DNA from: Vulcanimicrobiota bacterium
GTDB lineage: Bacteria > Vulcanimicrobiota > Vulcanimicrobiia > Vulcanimicrobiales > Vulcanimicrobiaceae
DNA length: 64,000 bases
Direction of reading: 5' to 3'
Assembly: GCA_963733295.1 (NCBI GenBank)
Contig: CAVTCS010000003.1
Location: 2,752,001-2,816,000, forward strand
The notes under the pieces: model-generated
What the model saw: the letters and a program-made list of their open reading frames with translations, nothing else
Told to the model about the DNA's origin: nothing
The model's database searches: none
Made by a program: the position numbers and the translations under genes
In this document: in pieces, positions 29,543 to 39,973 of the stretch
Layout of the letters: each line of letters starts with the position of its first letter
Position numbering within the stretch: position 1 is the first letter of the stretch

Positions 29543-30709
29543 TCAAACGACGTCGCGCAGCTTCACGAGGTGGACGCTCCGTACCCCGGAGCGGAGCACC
29601 GTCAGGTGCAGCTCGGCACCCGGCGGCCCGTGGGCGAGCGCCCACCAGCGCTGCGTGTCGACCGCATTCGCCGGCACGCCGTCGATGACGACGATCGAAT
29701 CTCCGTCGCGAAGTCCCGCCGCCGCAGCCGGACCGCCCGGAAGAACTCCCGAAACCGCGAACGTTCGCGCGTCGTTCTTATCGACGTTCATTCCCGTTCG
29801 ATCGTAAGGTTGCGGCAATCGCGAGGCCGGCGTGGACGCAAGGTACATGACGCGGCGCGAATAGTCGAAGGTCACGGTGAAGCGCTTCAGCGCGTCGACG
29901 CCGATGATGCCCGCATACTTCTTCGATGCCAAGGTCCCCGCACGGTCGCTCGAGAGCTGCAGCACGGGATCGCCAAGCGCGCTGCGGCCGATCGTGAACA
30001 GCTTGCCGCGGGCCAGCCGCGCGTACGTCGCGCCGCCGAGACCCTGACCGGCCGCCAGGTTGACGCTCGACGGATAGCGGCGCGTCAAGTCGTGCGCCGC
30101 AACGAACGGCGCCGTCAGCGCAATCTCGAACGAAGAGCCGCTGTCGACGAGAAAGGTTCCGGGAAGGCCGTCGAGCGTCGCCTCGACCATCGGAGTCGTA
30201 TCCTCAAATGATAGCGGTGCCGGTTCGTCGCCTCGCTCCGGACGGAACGTCGCACTCGGCGTTAAGGTGATTCGCGAGGTAGTGAAGTCGATGCGCGCAA
30301 CGTAGCGCGCGAGTAATTCCGCTCCCAGGTCGACCTCGACGGGCTTGGGGCCTCCGTCCGTCAACTCATAAGGAAGCGGCAAGACGAGGAAGGCTTGGTC
30401 GCGCAGGGTGATGCCGCCGATGCGCAGTTCGCGAACGCGCGTCTTGCTGTACGCGACCTTCGAGGCGCCGATCCCGCCCACGTTCGACGTTCCGCTTCCG
30501 ATCAGTCCCAGACGCCGCGCCAGCGAAGGCGTCATGACGTTGCGTCCGCCGGTGTCGAAGATCGCCGAGGTGCGGACGCCGTTGATTTGGACCTCGACCA
30601 CGATGTTGTCCGCGACGAGCGCGAACGGAACGACGGTCGAAGCCGTTTCGCCTCGCACTCCAGCCGGCGCGGCCAAAAGCGTCGCGACGAAAAGAAGTCC
30701 GGTCCTCAC
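29543..30709 (-). CDS. Secreted aspartyl protease (tandem retropepsin-like domains) with PDZ domain
   Basis: IFDTGG and LVDSGS motifs; GIIG; PDZ GPAAAAGLRDGDSIVVIDG. Confidence 0.9.
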   Translation of the reverse strand: MRTGLLFVATLLAAPAGVRGETASTVVPFALVADNIVVEVQINGVRTSAIFDTGGRNVMTPSLARRLGLIGSGTSNVGGIGASKVAYSKTRVRELRIGGITLRDQAFLVLPLPYELTDGGPKPVEVDLGAELLARYVARIDFTTSRITLTPSATFRPERGDEPAPLSFEDTTPMVEATLDGLPGTFLVDSGSSFEIALTAPFVAAHDLTRRYPSSVNLAAGQGLGGATYARLARGKLFTIGRSALGDPVLQLSSDRAGTLASKKYAGIIGVDALKRFTVTFDYSRRVMYLASTPASRLPQPYDRTGMNVDKNDARTFAVSGVLPGGPAAAAGLRDGDSIVVIDGVPANAVDTQRWWALAHGPPGAELHLTVLRSGVRSVHLVKLRDVV

Positions 30710-30746
30710 CCGCTGCCGGGTTGGCTCGAGCCGAGCGGTCGAGGTC

Positions 30747-30986
30747 TTACTCGACTGCGGCCGGGTCGCTCGCGGCGTCCTCGATCTGCGTGATGCTCTC
30801 GGCGCCGTGAAGCATCACGCGGCTCGGTGAGCCGCCCTTCTGGACTGGATCTGAGACGACGGCGTAGTGAGCGTGGCCGTGGCCATGGCCGGCGTCGCTG
30901 TGCAGCGTGCCGGCGAGAACGCGTCCATCGGCGAGCGTCACCCGAACCGGTTTACCAATGAAAGGCGCGACTTCTTGTTCGGTCAT
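30747..30986 (-). CDS. Small Sm/LSm-like fold protein with His-rich loop
   Basis: IGKPVRVTLADGRVLAGTL resembles Sm1 and RVMLHGAESITQI resembles Sm2; ATG 30986. Confidence 0.55.
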   Translation of the reverse strand: MTEQEVAPFIGKPVRVTLADGRVLAGTLHSDAGHGHGHAHYAVVSDPVQKGGSPSRVMLHGAESITQIEDAASDPAAVE

Positions 30987-31000
30987 ATCTCTGCTTTCCG

Positions 31001-31036
31001 TTGACGACGAGGTTTCGCTTGACGACGAGGTTTCGC
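31001..31036. repeat. Perfect 18-bp tandem direct repeat TTGACGACGAGGTTTCGC x2
   Basis: Read directly at 31001-31018 and 31019-31036. Confidence 0.95.
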
Positions 31037-31080
31037 TGCGGCCAAAACCGCCGGGCACCGGCGCGGGTTGCAGACCGCCT

Positions 31081-31176
31081 ACGAAGAGGGCCGCTCAGCG
31101 AACGACCCTCTCCGCCGTCTTCCCAGACGACCTTCCCTTTTTCCCCGATCGGCGGCTTGCCCAACGGGACTCGGGG
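31081..31176 (-). ncRNA. Candidate structured RNA or terminator-like element (three stems)
   Basis: 16-bp stem with G-U pairs on minus strand (31081-31115); 7-bp stem with GGGA loop (31114-31131); CCCCGA/TCGGGG stem (31143-31176). Confidence 0.35.
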
Positions 31177-31180
31177 GCGC

Positions 31181-31801
31181 TCACAGGAGACCGCGCTGTT
31201 TGGCCAGGGCCACCGCCTGCGCGCGGTTCTCCGCACCGAGCCGGTCGAGGATCTCGCCGACGTGGAACCTCACCGTGCGTTCGGCCACGTTCAGGCGCCC
31301 CGCGATCGCTTTGTTGGAAAGGCCCTCCTCGATCAGAGCGAGCACTTCGCGTTCGCGCGGCGTGATACGCAGATGGCGGGGCGTGTGAAGGGAACGCAAC
31401 AGTTGCGCGGCCACTTCCGCACCGAGTCGCGGCTGCCCGGCGACTGCCGAGCGGATCGTCGCCAGCAGCTCATCGCTCGGCGTGCCTTTGAGGACGTAGG
31501 AGTCCGCGCCGCGAGAGAGCGCGGCGGCGACGCGCTCCTCGCCGCCGTAGGCCGAAAAGACGACGATGCGCAGCTCCGGCAGCGCCGCCTTGAGTTCGGG
31601 AATCAACTCGAGCCCGCTGCGATCGGGAAGTTCCAGATCGAGCAACACGAGGTCGGGACGTTCGCGACGCACGAGCGCGAGCGCTTCGGCAGCGCTCCCC
31701 GCGCTCCCGGCGACGGCGATGTCGCTCGCATCCTGCAAGTTTGCGACGATCCCGTCGCGCACGATCGGATGGTCGTCCACGACCGCAACCCGAATCGTCA
31801 C
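31181..31801 (-). CDS. NarL/LuxR-family response regulator
   Basis: VVDDHPIVRDG, LLDLELP, YVLK, ITPREREVL...GLSNKAIA. Confidence 0.95.
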   Translation of the reverse strand: MTIRVAVVDDHPIVRDGIVANLQDASDIAVAGSAGSAAEALALVRRERPDLVLLDLELPDRSGLELIPELKAALPELRIVVFSAYGGEERVAAALSRGADSYVLKGTPSDELLATIRSAVAGQPRLGAEVAAQLLRSLHTPRHLRITPREREVLALIEEGLSNKAIAGRLNVAERTVRFHVGEILDRLGAENRAQAVALAKQRGLL

Positions 31802-32925
31802 AACGAAAGACGCGCGCTGACGAGCGTCCCCTTTCCAGCCGGATTCGCTTCGATGGAGAACGTCCCGCCGAGCGAACGCGCCCGCTCCGCCATCCCCACG
31901 ACCCCGTAGCGGCCTTCGCCGGCTCGAGCGGCGTCGTAGCCGGTACCGTCGTCGCCGATCGTCAACCTGACGTCGCGTTCCCCGGAAGCCAGCACGACTT
32001 CGACACGGCGCGCGTGCGCGTGCCTCGCGACGTTGCGCAACGCTTCGGCGGCAATGCGATAGAGTTCGACTTCGCACGCATGCGGCAAACCCGCGACGTT
32101 CTCGACGCGCAGGTCGACCAGAATGCCGGACTCGGAGGTGAAACGGCGCGTCAGCGCGGCGAGCGCGGCAGGCAGCGGTTTGCCGTCGAGCGGATCGGAA
32201 CGCAGCGAGAGCACCGACTCGCGGGCGTGATCGAGCGAGACGCGCGCCACGCCGAGCGCGTTCTCGAGCGGCTCGCGCAGCTCGTTCGATTCGCCGCTGG
32301 CTCGGCGCAGCGCGCGCTCGAGCTGCAAGGTCAGCGCCGTGAGATCTTGCGCCAGCGTATCGTGGACCTCGCGCGCTAAGCGGGCGCGTTCGTCGGAGCG
32401 CGCGAGGGAAGCGGCCGATTCGGCGAGACGGGCGCGCTCGACCGCGATGCCGACCTGCATGCCGATCGCGCCGAGCAGCCGCAATTCGTCGTCCTCGAGC
32501 GGACGCCAGTCGGGACGGCTCAGGTTCATGATTCCGAGTTGCCGCTCTCCGAAGCGCAACGCAATGCTGGCGTGCGACTTCATTCCACCGGTCAGCTCGC
32601 TGCGGTCTTCGCGCAAGGCTTTGCGCAACCGGCTGCAGTCGATGACCTGCACGTTTTGCGAGACGAAGTCGCCGTCTTCGAACGACTCGATGCACCAGCA
32701 CGAACTGCCGGTCATCCGCACCGGCTCTTGCAGATAGGGCGGCAATGCGTGCGATGCGGCCAGGTAAAAGCGCTCGGTGTCGGGATCGAGCAGCCAGACC
32801 CAGCCCGCGGCGAGATCGAGCGCTCGGGCGACGATCTCGAGCGTTCGCTCGAGCGCACGCGAGGGCTCCGCCTCCTGTCCGAGCGCGAAGGCGACGGCCT
32901 CGAAGAGATCGACGTCGCGGGTCAC
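31798..32925 (-). CDS. Cytoplasmic GAF sensor histidine kinase (HisKA_3), AirS/YhcY-like
   Basis: [39 protein letters not shown] with CWC...CSRL; no TM helix. Confidence 0.9.
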   Translation of the reverse strand: MTRDVDLFEAVAFALGQEAEPSRALERTLEIVARALDLAAGWVWLLDPDTERFYLAASHALPPYLQEPVRMTGSSCWCIESFEDGDFVSQNVQVIDCSRLRKALREDRSELTGGMKSHASIALRFGERQLGIMNLSRPDWRPLEDDELRLLGAIGMQVGIAVERARLAESAASLARSDERARLAREVHDTLAQDLTALTLQLERALRRASGESNELREPLENALGVARVSLDHARESVLSLRSDPLDGKPLPAALAALTRRFTSESGILVDLRVENVAGLPHACEVELYRIAAEALRNVARHAHARRVEVVLASGERDVRLTIGDDGTGYDAARAGEGRYGVVGMAERARSLGGTFSIEANPAGKGTLVSARLSL

Positions 32926-34298
32926 GTGCGCCGCAACACCGCGCGCACCGCTCCGGCGCTACGGCTCGCGATCGCTTCATCGTCGGCGTGGCGGCCCTCG
33001 CGGACGACCGCGCGTCCCGCGACGAAAACGTCGCGCACGCGCCAGGCCCCGCTCCGGAAGATCGCGCGGTCGAGGGAAGGCGTCTCGTCCGGCGCTTCGT
33101 CGAGAACGAGAAAATCGGCGCGACGTCCCGGCGCGAGCGAGCCGGCGGGTTGCTCGAGCGACTGCGCGCCGGCGCTCGACGCCGCCCCATACAGAGCCTC
33201 CCCGAGCGCTTGGGCCGGGCTCCGTTCGCTGCTCAGAACGTGACGGCGCTGCAACGCGAGGCGTTGCGAGTATTCGAGCCAGCGCAGTTCTTCGGCGACG
33301 TCGAGCGAAACGTGACTGTCCGATCCGATCGCGATCCGCCCGCCTTCCGACGAGAACGCGGCAGCCGGAAAGATGCCGTCGCCCAGATTCGCCTCGGTCG
33401 TCGGACACGCGACGACCACGGCCTTTGCGCGCGCGGCGAGCGTGAGTTCGCCCGGCGTGGCGTGCGTCGCGTGCACGAGCGACCAGCGGGGGCCGAGCTC
33501 GAATTCGCGTCCGAGGAGTTCGATCGGCGACACGCCGTGTTCGGCTACGCATGCCTCCACCTCACGGCGCTGTTCGCTGATGTGAAGGTGCACCGGCGTG
33601 ACGCGCGGACCGGCGGCGCGCGCGTCGACGTGGGCGAGCACGGCCGCAATGTCTTCGCACTTCACCGCCCGCAGCGAATGCGCGGCGACGCCAAGCCGCA
33701 CATCGCTCGAATCGCGAGTCGCTGCTGCGAGCGAATCCCAGAGCGCGGCGAAGGCCTCGACGCTCAGCAGAAAACGCGCTTGCGACGCCGCGGCCGGCGC
33801 CGCGCCGAAATCGCCATAGCGATACAGCACCGGCAGCAGCGTGAGCGCGATACCGGCTGCGTGCGCGGCGGCGACGACCCGCTCGGACATTTCGCCCGGA
33901 CGCGCGTAGGCGTTGCCGTCCGCGGCGTTGTGCAAATAGTGAAACTCCGCAACGCTGGTGTAGCCCGCCTTCAGCATTTCGACGTACGCGCCGGTCGCGA
34001 TCGCTTCGAACTCATCGGGCTCGACCGCTCGCGTGAAGGCGTACATCGTCTCGCGCCAGCTCCAAAACGAATCGCCGGCGCGACCGGCGCCTTCGGAGCG
34101 GCCGGCCAGGGCGCGCTGCAGGACGTGCGAGTGCGCGTTGGGCATTCCCGCAACAACCGGACCCGCCAAACGCGTCGCAACGCCCTGCGGCGAATCCGGT
34201 TCGACTGCGGATATCGCACCGTCCGCGGCGACGGCGATACGCACGTCGCGCTTCCAGCCCTCGGGCAGCAGCGCCCAAGGAGCCCGATAATCGCTCAC
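32922..34298 (-). CDS. hutF: Formimidoylglutamate deiminase
   Basis: [51 protein letters not shown]. Confidence 0.93.
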   Translation of the reverse strand: MSDYRAPWALLPEGWKRDVRIAVAADGAISAVEPDSPQGVATRLAGPVVAGMPNAHSHVLQRALAGRSEGAGRAGDSFWSWRETMYAFTRAVEPDEFEAIATGAYVEMLKAGYTSVAEFHYLHNAADGNAYARPGEMSERVVAAAHAAGIALTLLPVLYRYGDFGAAPAAASQARFLLSVEAFAALWDSLAAATRDSSDVRLGVAAHSLRAVKCEDIAAVLAHVDARAAGPRVTPVHLHISEQRREVEACVAEHGVSPIELLGREFELGPRWSLVHATHATPGELTLAARAKAVVVACPTTEANLGDGIFPAAAFSSEGGRIAIGSDSHVSLDVAEELRWLEYSQRLALQRRHVLSSERSPAQALGEALYGAASSAGAQSLEQPAGSLAPGRRADFLVLDEAPDETPSLDRAIFRSGAWRVRDVFVAGRAVVREGRHADDEAIASRSAGAVRAVLRRT

Positions 34299-35507
34299 GT
34301 TTGGACCAACGCTCGCATCGCGACGATGAACTCGAACGTACCGTACGGGCTCGTCGAGGACGGCGCGCTCGCGGTTCGCGGCGACACGATCGTCTGGGTC
34401 GGTCCACGCACGGAACTTCCTCCTGAATTCGCGCCGGCGCGCCTCCACGATGCGGGCGGCCGCTGCATTACCCCGGGACTCATCGACGCCCACACGCACG
34501 TCGTGTACGGCGGCGATCGGGCGCGGGATTTCGAACTGCGCGCGAGCGGCGCCGGCTACGCCGAGATTGCGCGCGCCGGTGGAGGCATCCTATCCACCGT
34601 CCGCGCCACGCGGGCCGCGACCTCCGCCGAACTCGCCGCCGCCGCCGACCGCCGCGTGGCAGCGATGCAGCGTGACGGCACCACGACGCTCGAAGTGAAA
34701 TCGGGCTACGGTCTCGATCGCGAGACGGAAGCGCGCATGCTGCGCGTCGCGCGCGCCTTGCCCGAACGTCATCCGATCCGGATTCGTACGGCGTATCTCG
34801 GCTTGCACGCGCTTCCGCCCGAGTGGAGCGACGCGGACGCGTACGTAGCGTTCGTCTGCGGCGAAGTCTTGCCGGCCCTTACGGCCGAAGGTCTGGTCGA
34901 TGCGGTCGACGCCTTTTGCGAGACGATCGCTTTCTCGCCGGCGCAGGTCGCGCGCTTTTTCGAAGCGGCGGCGGCGCTCGGTTTGCCGGTCAAGTTACAC
35001 GCCGACCAACTGACGCCGGGCGGCGGCGCCGCGCTCGCCGCGCGCTTTCGCGCGCTTTCCGCCGACCATCTGGAGCACGTGCTGGACGGCGATCTTCCCG
35101 CGCTGGCCGAAGCGGGCACCGTCGCCCTGCTGTTGCCGGGAGCCGCGTACTTCTTGCGCGAGACGAAGCTTCCGCCGCTCGCACGCCTGCGCGAGCTCGA
35201 AATTCCGATCGCGCTTGCGACCGACTGCAATCCCGGAACCTCCCCGCTCGTCTCGCCGCTGCTCGCGATGAACCTCGCGTGCACGCTATTTCGAATGACG
35301 CCCGAAGAAGCGTTGCGCGGCTTCACGGTCCACGCCGCGCAAGCGCTGGGTCTGGGGGATTCGATAGGGAGACTCGCGCCGGGACGAAAAGCAGATTTCG
35401 TCCTCTGGGACGTCGAGCAGCCGGGACAGCTCGCATATCCGATCGGTGCGAACCCGGGTTGCCGCGTCGTCGTCGCGGGCGAGACGGTGAAAGGAGCTTC
35501 GGACTAA
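34290..35507 (+). CDS. hutI: Imidazolonepropionase (start uncertain: ATC 34290, ATA 34287 or first ATG 34326)
   Basis: [51 protein letters not shown]. Confidence 0.92.
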   Translation: MAHVWTNARIATMNSNVPYGLVEDGALAVRGDTIVWVGPRTELPPEFAPARLHDAGGRCITPGLIDAHTHVVYGGDRARDFELRASGAGYAEIARAGGGILSTVRATRAATSAELAAAADRRVAAMQRDGTTTLEVKSGYGLDRETEARMLRVARALPERHPIRIRTAYLGLHALPPEWSDADAYVAFVCGEVLPALTAEGLVDAVDAFCETIAFSPAQVARFFEAAAALGLPVKLHADQLTPGGGAALAARFRALSADHLEHVLDGDLPALAEAGTVALLLPGAAYFLRETKLPPLARLRELEIPIALATDCNPGTSPLVSPLLAMNLACTLFRMTPEEALRGFTVHAAQALGLGDSIGRLAPGRKADFVLWDVEQPGQLAYPIGANPGCRVVVAGETVKGASD

Positions 35508-35509
35508 CG

Positions 35510-37171
35510 ATGGCGGTTGCGACGCATCGCACGATCCGCGCGCCGCGCGGCACGACGCTCTCGGCGAAGAGCTGGCTCACCGAAGCGCCGTTGCGCATGC
35601 TGATGAACAACCTCGACCCGGAGGTTGCCGAGCGGCCGGACGACCTGGTCGTGTACGGCGGCAACGGCAAAGCCGCGCGCAACTGGGAGTGTTTCGAGCG
35701 GATCGTCGCGGTGCTGCGGCGTCTCGAAAGCGACCAGACGCTCCTCGTGCAATCCGGAAAACCCGTCGGCGTTTTCCGCACGCATCCCGACGCACCGAGA
35801 GTTCTGATCGCCAATTCGAACCTCGTGCCGCATTGGGCTACGTGGGAGCACTTCAACGAACTCGATCGCAAAGGTCTGATGATGTACGGGCAGATGACGG
35901 CCGGCTCGTGGATTTACATCGGCTCGCAAGGCATCGTGCAGGGCACGTTCGAGACGTTTGCCGAGATGGGTCGCCGCCATTACGGCGGTTCGCTCGCCGG
36001 CAAGTGGATCTTGACGGCGGGGCTCGGCGGAATGGGCGGTGCGCAGCCGCTCGCGGCGACGATGGCCGGCGCGTCGCTGCTCGCAATCGAATGCGATCCC
36101 GCGCGCATCGCGCGGCGCATCGAGACCCGTTACCTCGACCGTCGCGCGGAGACGCTCGACGAGGCTCTCGCACTCGTCCGCGAGTCGTGCGCGAAAGGCG
36201 AAGCCCTCTCCGTCGGGCTCGCCGGCAACGCCGCGGAGATCTTCCCCGAGCTCGTGCGTCGCGGCGTGCGTCCCGATATCGTCACCGATCAAACGAGCGC
36301 TCACGATCCGCTGAACGGCTATCTTCCCGCGGGCTGGTCGCTCGAGAAAGCCGCCGCGGAGCGTTCGCGCGATCCGGCCGGCGTCGTGCGCGCGGCGAAG
36401 GCTTCGATGGCCGCCCACGTCCGGGCGATGCTCGCCTTTCACGCGGCCGGCGTACCGACGGTCGACTACGGCAACAATCTGCGCCAAATGGCGTTCGACG
36501 AAGGCGTCAGCGATGCGTTCGCCTTTCCGGGCTTCGTGCCCGCGTACATCCGGCCGCTCTTCTGCCGCGGAATCGGTCCGTTTCGTTGGGTCGCGCTTTC
36601 CGGCGACCCGGCCGACATCGCCAAGACCGACGCCGCGCTCAAAGCGCTGCGTCCGCACGACGCACAGTTACACCGTTGGCTCGATATGGCGGCCGAGCGG
36701 ATCGCGTTCCAAGGTTTGCCCGCGCGCATCTGCTGGCTCGGGCTCGGCGATCGCGCGCGCGCGGGGCTCGCTTTCAACGCGATGGTCGCAAGCGGCGAAC
36801 TCGCTGCACCGATCGTGATCGGACGCGATCACCTCGACTCGGGTTCGGTCGCCAGCCCGAACCGTGAAACCGAAGCGATGGCCGACGGCTCGGACGCCGT
36901 TTCGGATTGGCCGCTGCTCAACGCGCTCCTCAATACGGCGAGCGGCGCGACCTGGGTGAGCCTGCATCACGGCGGCGGCGTCGGCATGGGCTACTCGCAG
37001 CACGCCGGCGTGGTCGTCGTCTGCGATGGAAGTGACGACGCGGCGCGGCGCATCGAGCGCGTCCTCACGAACGACCCGGCGACCGGCGTCATGCGCCATG
37101 CGGACGCGGGCTACGCCGCGGCGCTCGAGTGCGCGCTCGAAAACGGCCTCGATCTGCCGATGCTGCAGTAG
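35510..37171 (+). CDS. hutU: Urocanate hydratase
   Basis: [45 protein letters not shown]. Confidence 0.97.
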   Translation: MAVATHRTIRAPRGTTLSAKSWLTEAPLRMLMNNLDPEVAERPDDLVVYGGNGKAARNWECFERIVAVLRRLESDQTLLVQSGKPVGVFRTHPDAPRVLIANSNLVPHWATWEHFNELDRKGLMMYGQMTAGSWIYIGSQGIVQGTFETFAEMGRRHYGGSLAGKWILTAGLGGMGGAQPLAATMAGASLLAIECDPARIARRIETRYLDRRAETLDEALALVRESCAKGEALSVGLAGNAAEIFPELVRRGVRPDIVTDQTSAHDPLNGYLPAGWSLEKAAAERSRDPAGVVRAAKASMAAHVRAMLAFHAAGVPTVDYGNNLRQMAFDEGVSDAFAFPGFVPAYIRPLFCRGIGPFRWVALSGDPADIAKTDAALKALRPHDAQLHRWLDMAAERIAFQGLPARICWLGLGDRARAGLAFNAMVASGELAAPIVIGRDHLDSGSVASPNRETEAMADGSDAVSDWPLLNALLNTASGATWVSLHHGGGVGMGYSQHAGVVVVCDGSDDAARRIERVLTNDPATGVMRHADAGYAAALECALENGLDLPMLQ

Positions 37172-37248
37172 CGTTGTTTCGTTAGCTCTTTTGTGCGATA
37201 CTGACCAGTGGAGATCCGATCGAACTTCTGATGAGAAAGGTGGCTTCC

Positions 37249-37692
37249 ATGAAATCTCTACTCGCGCTTTTTGCAGCAGGTCTCATTCTCGTTTTGGGCG
37301 CGCCGAGTGCCACGGCGGCCGGTGCACCGACGATCGTGATGGCCGACCAAGCGAAGTACGGCCCGGCTCCCAAACCCTATCCGGCCGAGGCGATGATGGC
37401 CGTCTTATCGGGAGATCCCTCCCAAGCGGGTTCTCAGTACACGGTGCGCCTGAAGCTGCCGGACGGCGTCAAGATCGCTCCCCACACGCACGGCGACATG
37501 GAGAACGTCACCGTCCTTAGCGGAACGCTGCTCGTCGGCGTCGGCTCGACCTTCGACGCGACGAAGATGCTGGCGCTGACTGCCGGCTCGTACGCCTCCA
37601 TCCCGGCCGGAACGCCGCATTACGCAATGGCGAAGGGCGAAACGGTGCTTCAGGTCAACGGCGTCGGTCCCGGCTCGATGACGCTGCTTTAG
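37249..37692 (+). CDS. Secreted cupin-domain protein
   Basis: Signal peptide; PHTH...ENVTVLSG...PAGTPHYA. Confidence 0.85.
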   Translation: MKSLLALFAAGLILVLGAPSATAAGAPTIVMADQAKYGPAPKPYPAEAMMAVLSGDPSQAGSQYTVRLKLPDGVKIAPHTHGDMENVTVLSGTLLVGVGSTFDATKMLALTAGSYASIPAGTPHYAMAKGETVLQVNGVGPGSMTLL

Positions 37693-37703
37693 CGTCCGAA
37701 GTT

Positions 37704-38339
37704 CTAGCGAACGCCCCAGTAGGCGAGCGCGCTCGAGTCGGTGCCGGCTGCCGCCGCTACCGCTTTGGGCGCGTGCGCTTCGATGCGGTGACGCAGCGCG
37801 TGCCACGTCCCCATCACCTTGACGACGTAGCGCTGCGTCTCATAGATCGGCGGAACGCCGCCGTACACGCGTACGGTTTCGGGACCGGCGTTGTATCCGG
37901 CGAGTGCGTCGCGAATCGGATCGCGTGAAGAATGAAACACGCGCATGAGCTGATGCAAGTAGCGCGTCGTACCGTTGAGGTTCCCGTGGACTTGATGCGG
38001 ATCGACTCCCAAACCGCGCGCCGTCTCCGGCTTGAGCTGCCCGAGACCTTGCGCGCCGCTGTACGAAACCGCGTGCGTGTTCCAGCTCGACTCGACCGCG
38101 ACGAGCGCCATCACGAGGCTCGGATCGAGGCGCCATTTGCGCGAGCTCGTCAGGAGCGCTTGGGCGTAGATCAGGCTCTGCGCGACCGCGAGATGCGGAT
38201 TGATCGAGCGCAGCGTCGCTGCGAACACCGAGAGCGGCACCGCGCCTAGCGGGACCGTGTCGGCCCGGCATGGCGTCGCGCTAATCAGCACGAGACCTAA
38301 CGCGAAGATGGACCGAGCGTAAAGAATGCCGCGGAACAT
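37704..38339 (-). CDS. Lytic transglycosylase (SLT domain)
   Basis: ALVAVES, AVSYSGAQGLGQL.P.TA, LAGYNAGP, ETQRYV. Confidence 0.9.
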   Translation of the reverse strand: MFRGILYARSIFALGLVLISATPCRADTVPLGAVPLSVFAATLRSINPHLAVAQSLIYAQALLTSSRKWRLDPSLVMALVAVESSWNTHAVSYSGAQGLGQLKPETARGLGVDPHQVHGNLNGTTRYLHQLMRVFHSSRDPIRDALAGYNAGPETVRVYGGVPPIYETQRYVVKVMGTWHALRHRIEAHAPKAVAAAAGTDSSALAYWGVR

Positions 38340-38437
38340 TGTGGGCTGCTTCTGGCGCAAGGGGCTCGGCCCTCCCATAGCGAGCGAGCGTGCGCTGCAT
38401 CCCGCTCTCGCGTGCCGCTCTCCCGGCGAGGTGTGAC

Positions 38438-39973
38438 TCAGCGCGCCTTTTCGGCCGCTTCGTTGAGGCTCGCGGAACGCAGGAGCTCGCGCGCGGCGAC
38501 GATATCGGGCGACTGCACGCGGTCGCCGTCGAGCGGCGCAATCCGTTCGCGCGCCAGCGCGTAGGCGGCTCCCGTGCCGGCACCCGAGCGCAAGGGCCTT
38601 CGGAAATCCGTGGCCGCCAGCGCGCAGAGCAGCTCGCAAGCCAGCGCGCCCTCGACGTTGTCGAGGATCCGGTCGAGCGTACGGGCCGCGATCGTGCCCA
38701 TGCTGACGTGATCCTCTTGGCCGGCCGAAGTCGGAATCGAGTCGACGCAAGACGGCATCGCGAGCGCTTTACTTTCGCTGACCAGCGCCGCCGCCGTATA
38801 CTGCGCGATCATTAGCCCGGACTCGAGCCCCGGCCGGCGCGATAAGAAGAGCGGCAACCCGCGGTCTTCGCCGTTCAACAGGAGAAACGAGCGCCGCTCG
38901 CTCATGCTCGCGACCTCGACCATCACGGCCTTGAGAAAATCGCACGCGACCCCGACCGGCTGGCCGTGAAAATTTCCACCCGTCAAGAACTCGTCTTCGT
39001 CCGGGAAGATCAAGGGATTGTCGGTAACCGAGATCGCCTCGATCTCGAGCACGCGGCGCGCATGACCGGCCGCGTCGCGCGCCGCCCCGTGCACGACCGG
39101 AATGCAGCGGAACGAGTACGGATCCTGAACGCGACCGCAATCGCGGTGCGACGACATGATCTCCGAATCGGCCAAGAACTCGCGCAAACGATCGGCCACC
39201 AGCGCCTGCCCCGGATGTGGCCGCAGGGCGTTGATGCGCCGGTCGAAGGCGGCGTCGGTTCCCAAGAACGCCTCGAGCGAGAGCGCCCCTACGACGTCGG
39301 CCACCGCGAGCAATCGCTCCGCTCGCAACAACGACAACGCCCCGATGCCGGTCATGACTTCGGTCCCGTTGATCAGCGACAGGCCTTCCTTCGGCGCCAA
39401 CTCGAGCGGCACGAGGCCCGCGCGGCGCAGCGCCTCCGCACTCGAAATCAACTCGCCGTCGAAGTATGCCTCGCCTTCGCCCATCAACGTCAGCGTCATG
39501 TGCGCGAGCGGCGCGAGATCGCCGCTCGCGCCCACCGATCCCTGCGCGGGCACGTACGGCGTCACGCCGCGATTGAGGATTTCGACAAGCATGTCGAGCG
39601 TCTCGAGCCGGATCCCGGAGTGCCCCGCCGCGAGCGAACTCACCCGCAACACGCCGGCCGCTCTCACGAACTCTGCGCGCAACGGCTCTCCCGTGCCGGC
39701 CGAATGACTTCGCACCAAATTCTTCTGGAGTTGCGCCGCATGCTGCCGGTCGATGACGACGTTCGCCATGCGCCCGAAACCGGTGGTCACGCCGTAGATA
39801 ATCGCTCCCGCTGCGAACTGCCGGTCGACGCATTCGCGTGCCGCGGCGACGCGCCGTCGCGCTTCGTCCGAAACCGAAACGCGCGCGCCCTGCAGCGCGA
39901 TCGCTTCGATCGTCTCGAGCGCGAGCGAGCGTCCATCCAACTCGACGCTGGAGATCGCCGGCGCGGCGCTCAA
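38438..39973 (-). CDS. hutH: Histidine ammonia-lyase
   Basis: YGVTTGFG, SHSAG, GSVGASGDLAPLAH (MIO motif), QDPYSFRC, GNFHG, QEDHVSMG. Confidence 0.96.
   Translation of the reverse strand: MSAAPAISSVELDGRSLALETIEAIALQGARVSVSDEARRRVAAARECVDRQFAAGAIIYGVTTGFGRMANVVIDRQHAAQLQKNLVRSHSAGTGEPLRAEFVRAAGVLRVSSLAAGHSGIRLETLDMLVEILNRGVTPYVPAQGSVGASGDLAPLAHMTLTLMGEGEAYFDGELISSAEALRRAGLVPLELAPKEGLSLINGTEVMTGIGALSLLRAERLLAVADVVGALSLEAFLGTDAAFDRRINALRPHPGQALVADRLREFLADSEIMSSHRDCGRVQDPYSFRCIPVVHGAARDAAGHARRVLEIEAISVTDNPLIFPDEDEFLTGGNFHGQPVGVACDFLKAVMVEVASMSERRSFLLLNGEDRGLPLFLSRRPGLESGLMIAQYTAAALVSESKALAMPSCVDSIPTSAGQEDHVSMGTIAARTLDRILDNVEGALACELLCALAATDFRRPLRSGAGTGAAYALARERIAPLDGDRVQSPDIVAARELLRSASLNEAAEKAR

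Noticed and set aside
32745..34286. 920-aa HutI with a long N-terminal extension
   Set aside because: The extension is the antisense of hutF; HutI similarity starts near 34300
38340..38437. c-di-AMP or c-di-GMP riboswitch before the lytic transglycosylase
   Set aside because: Region is short and lacks the conserved motifs
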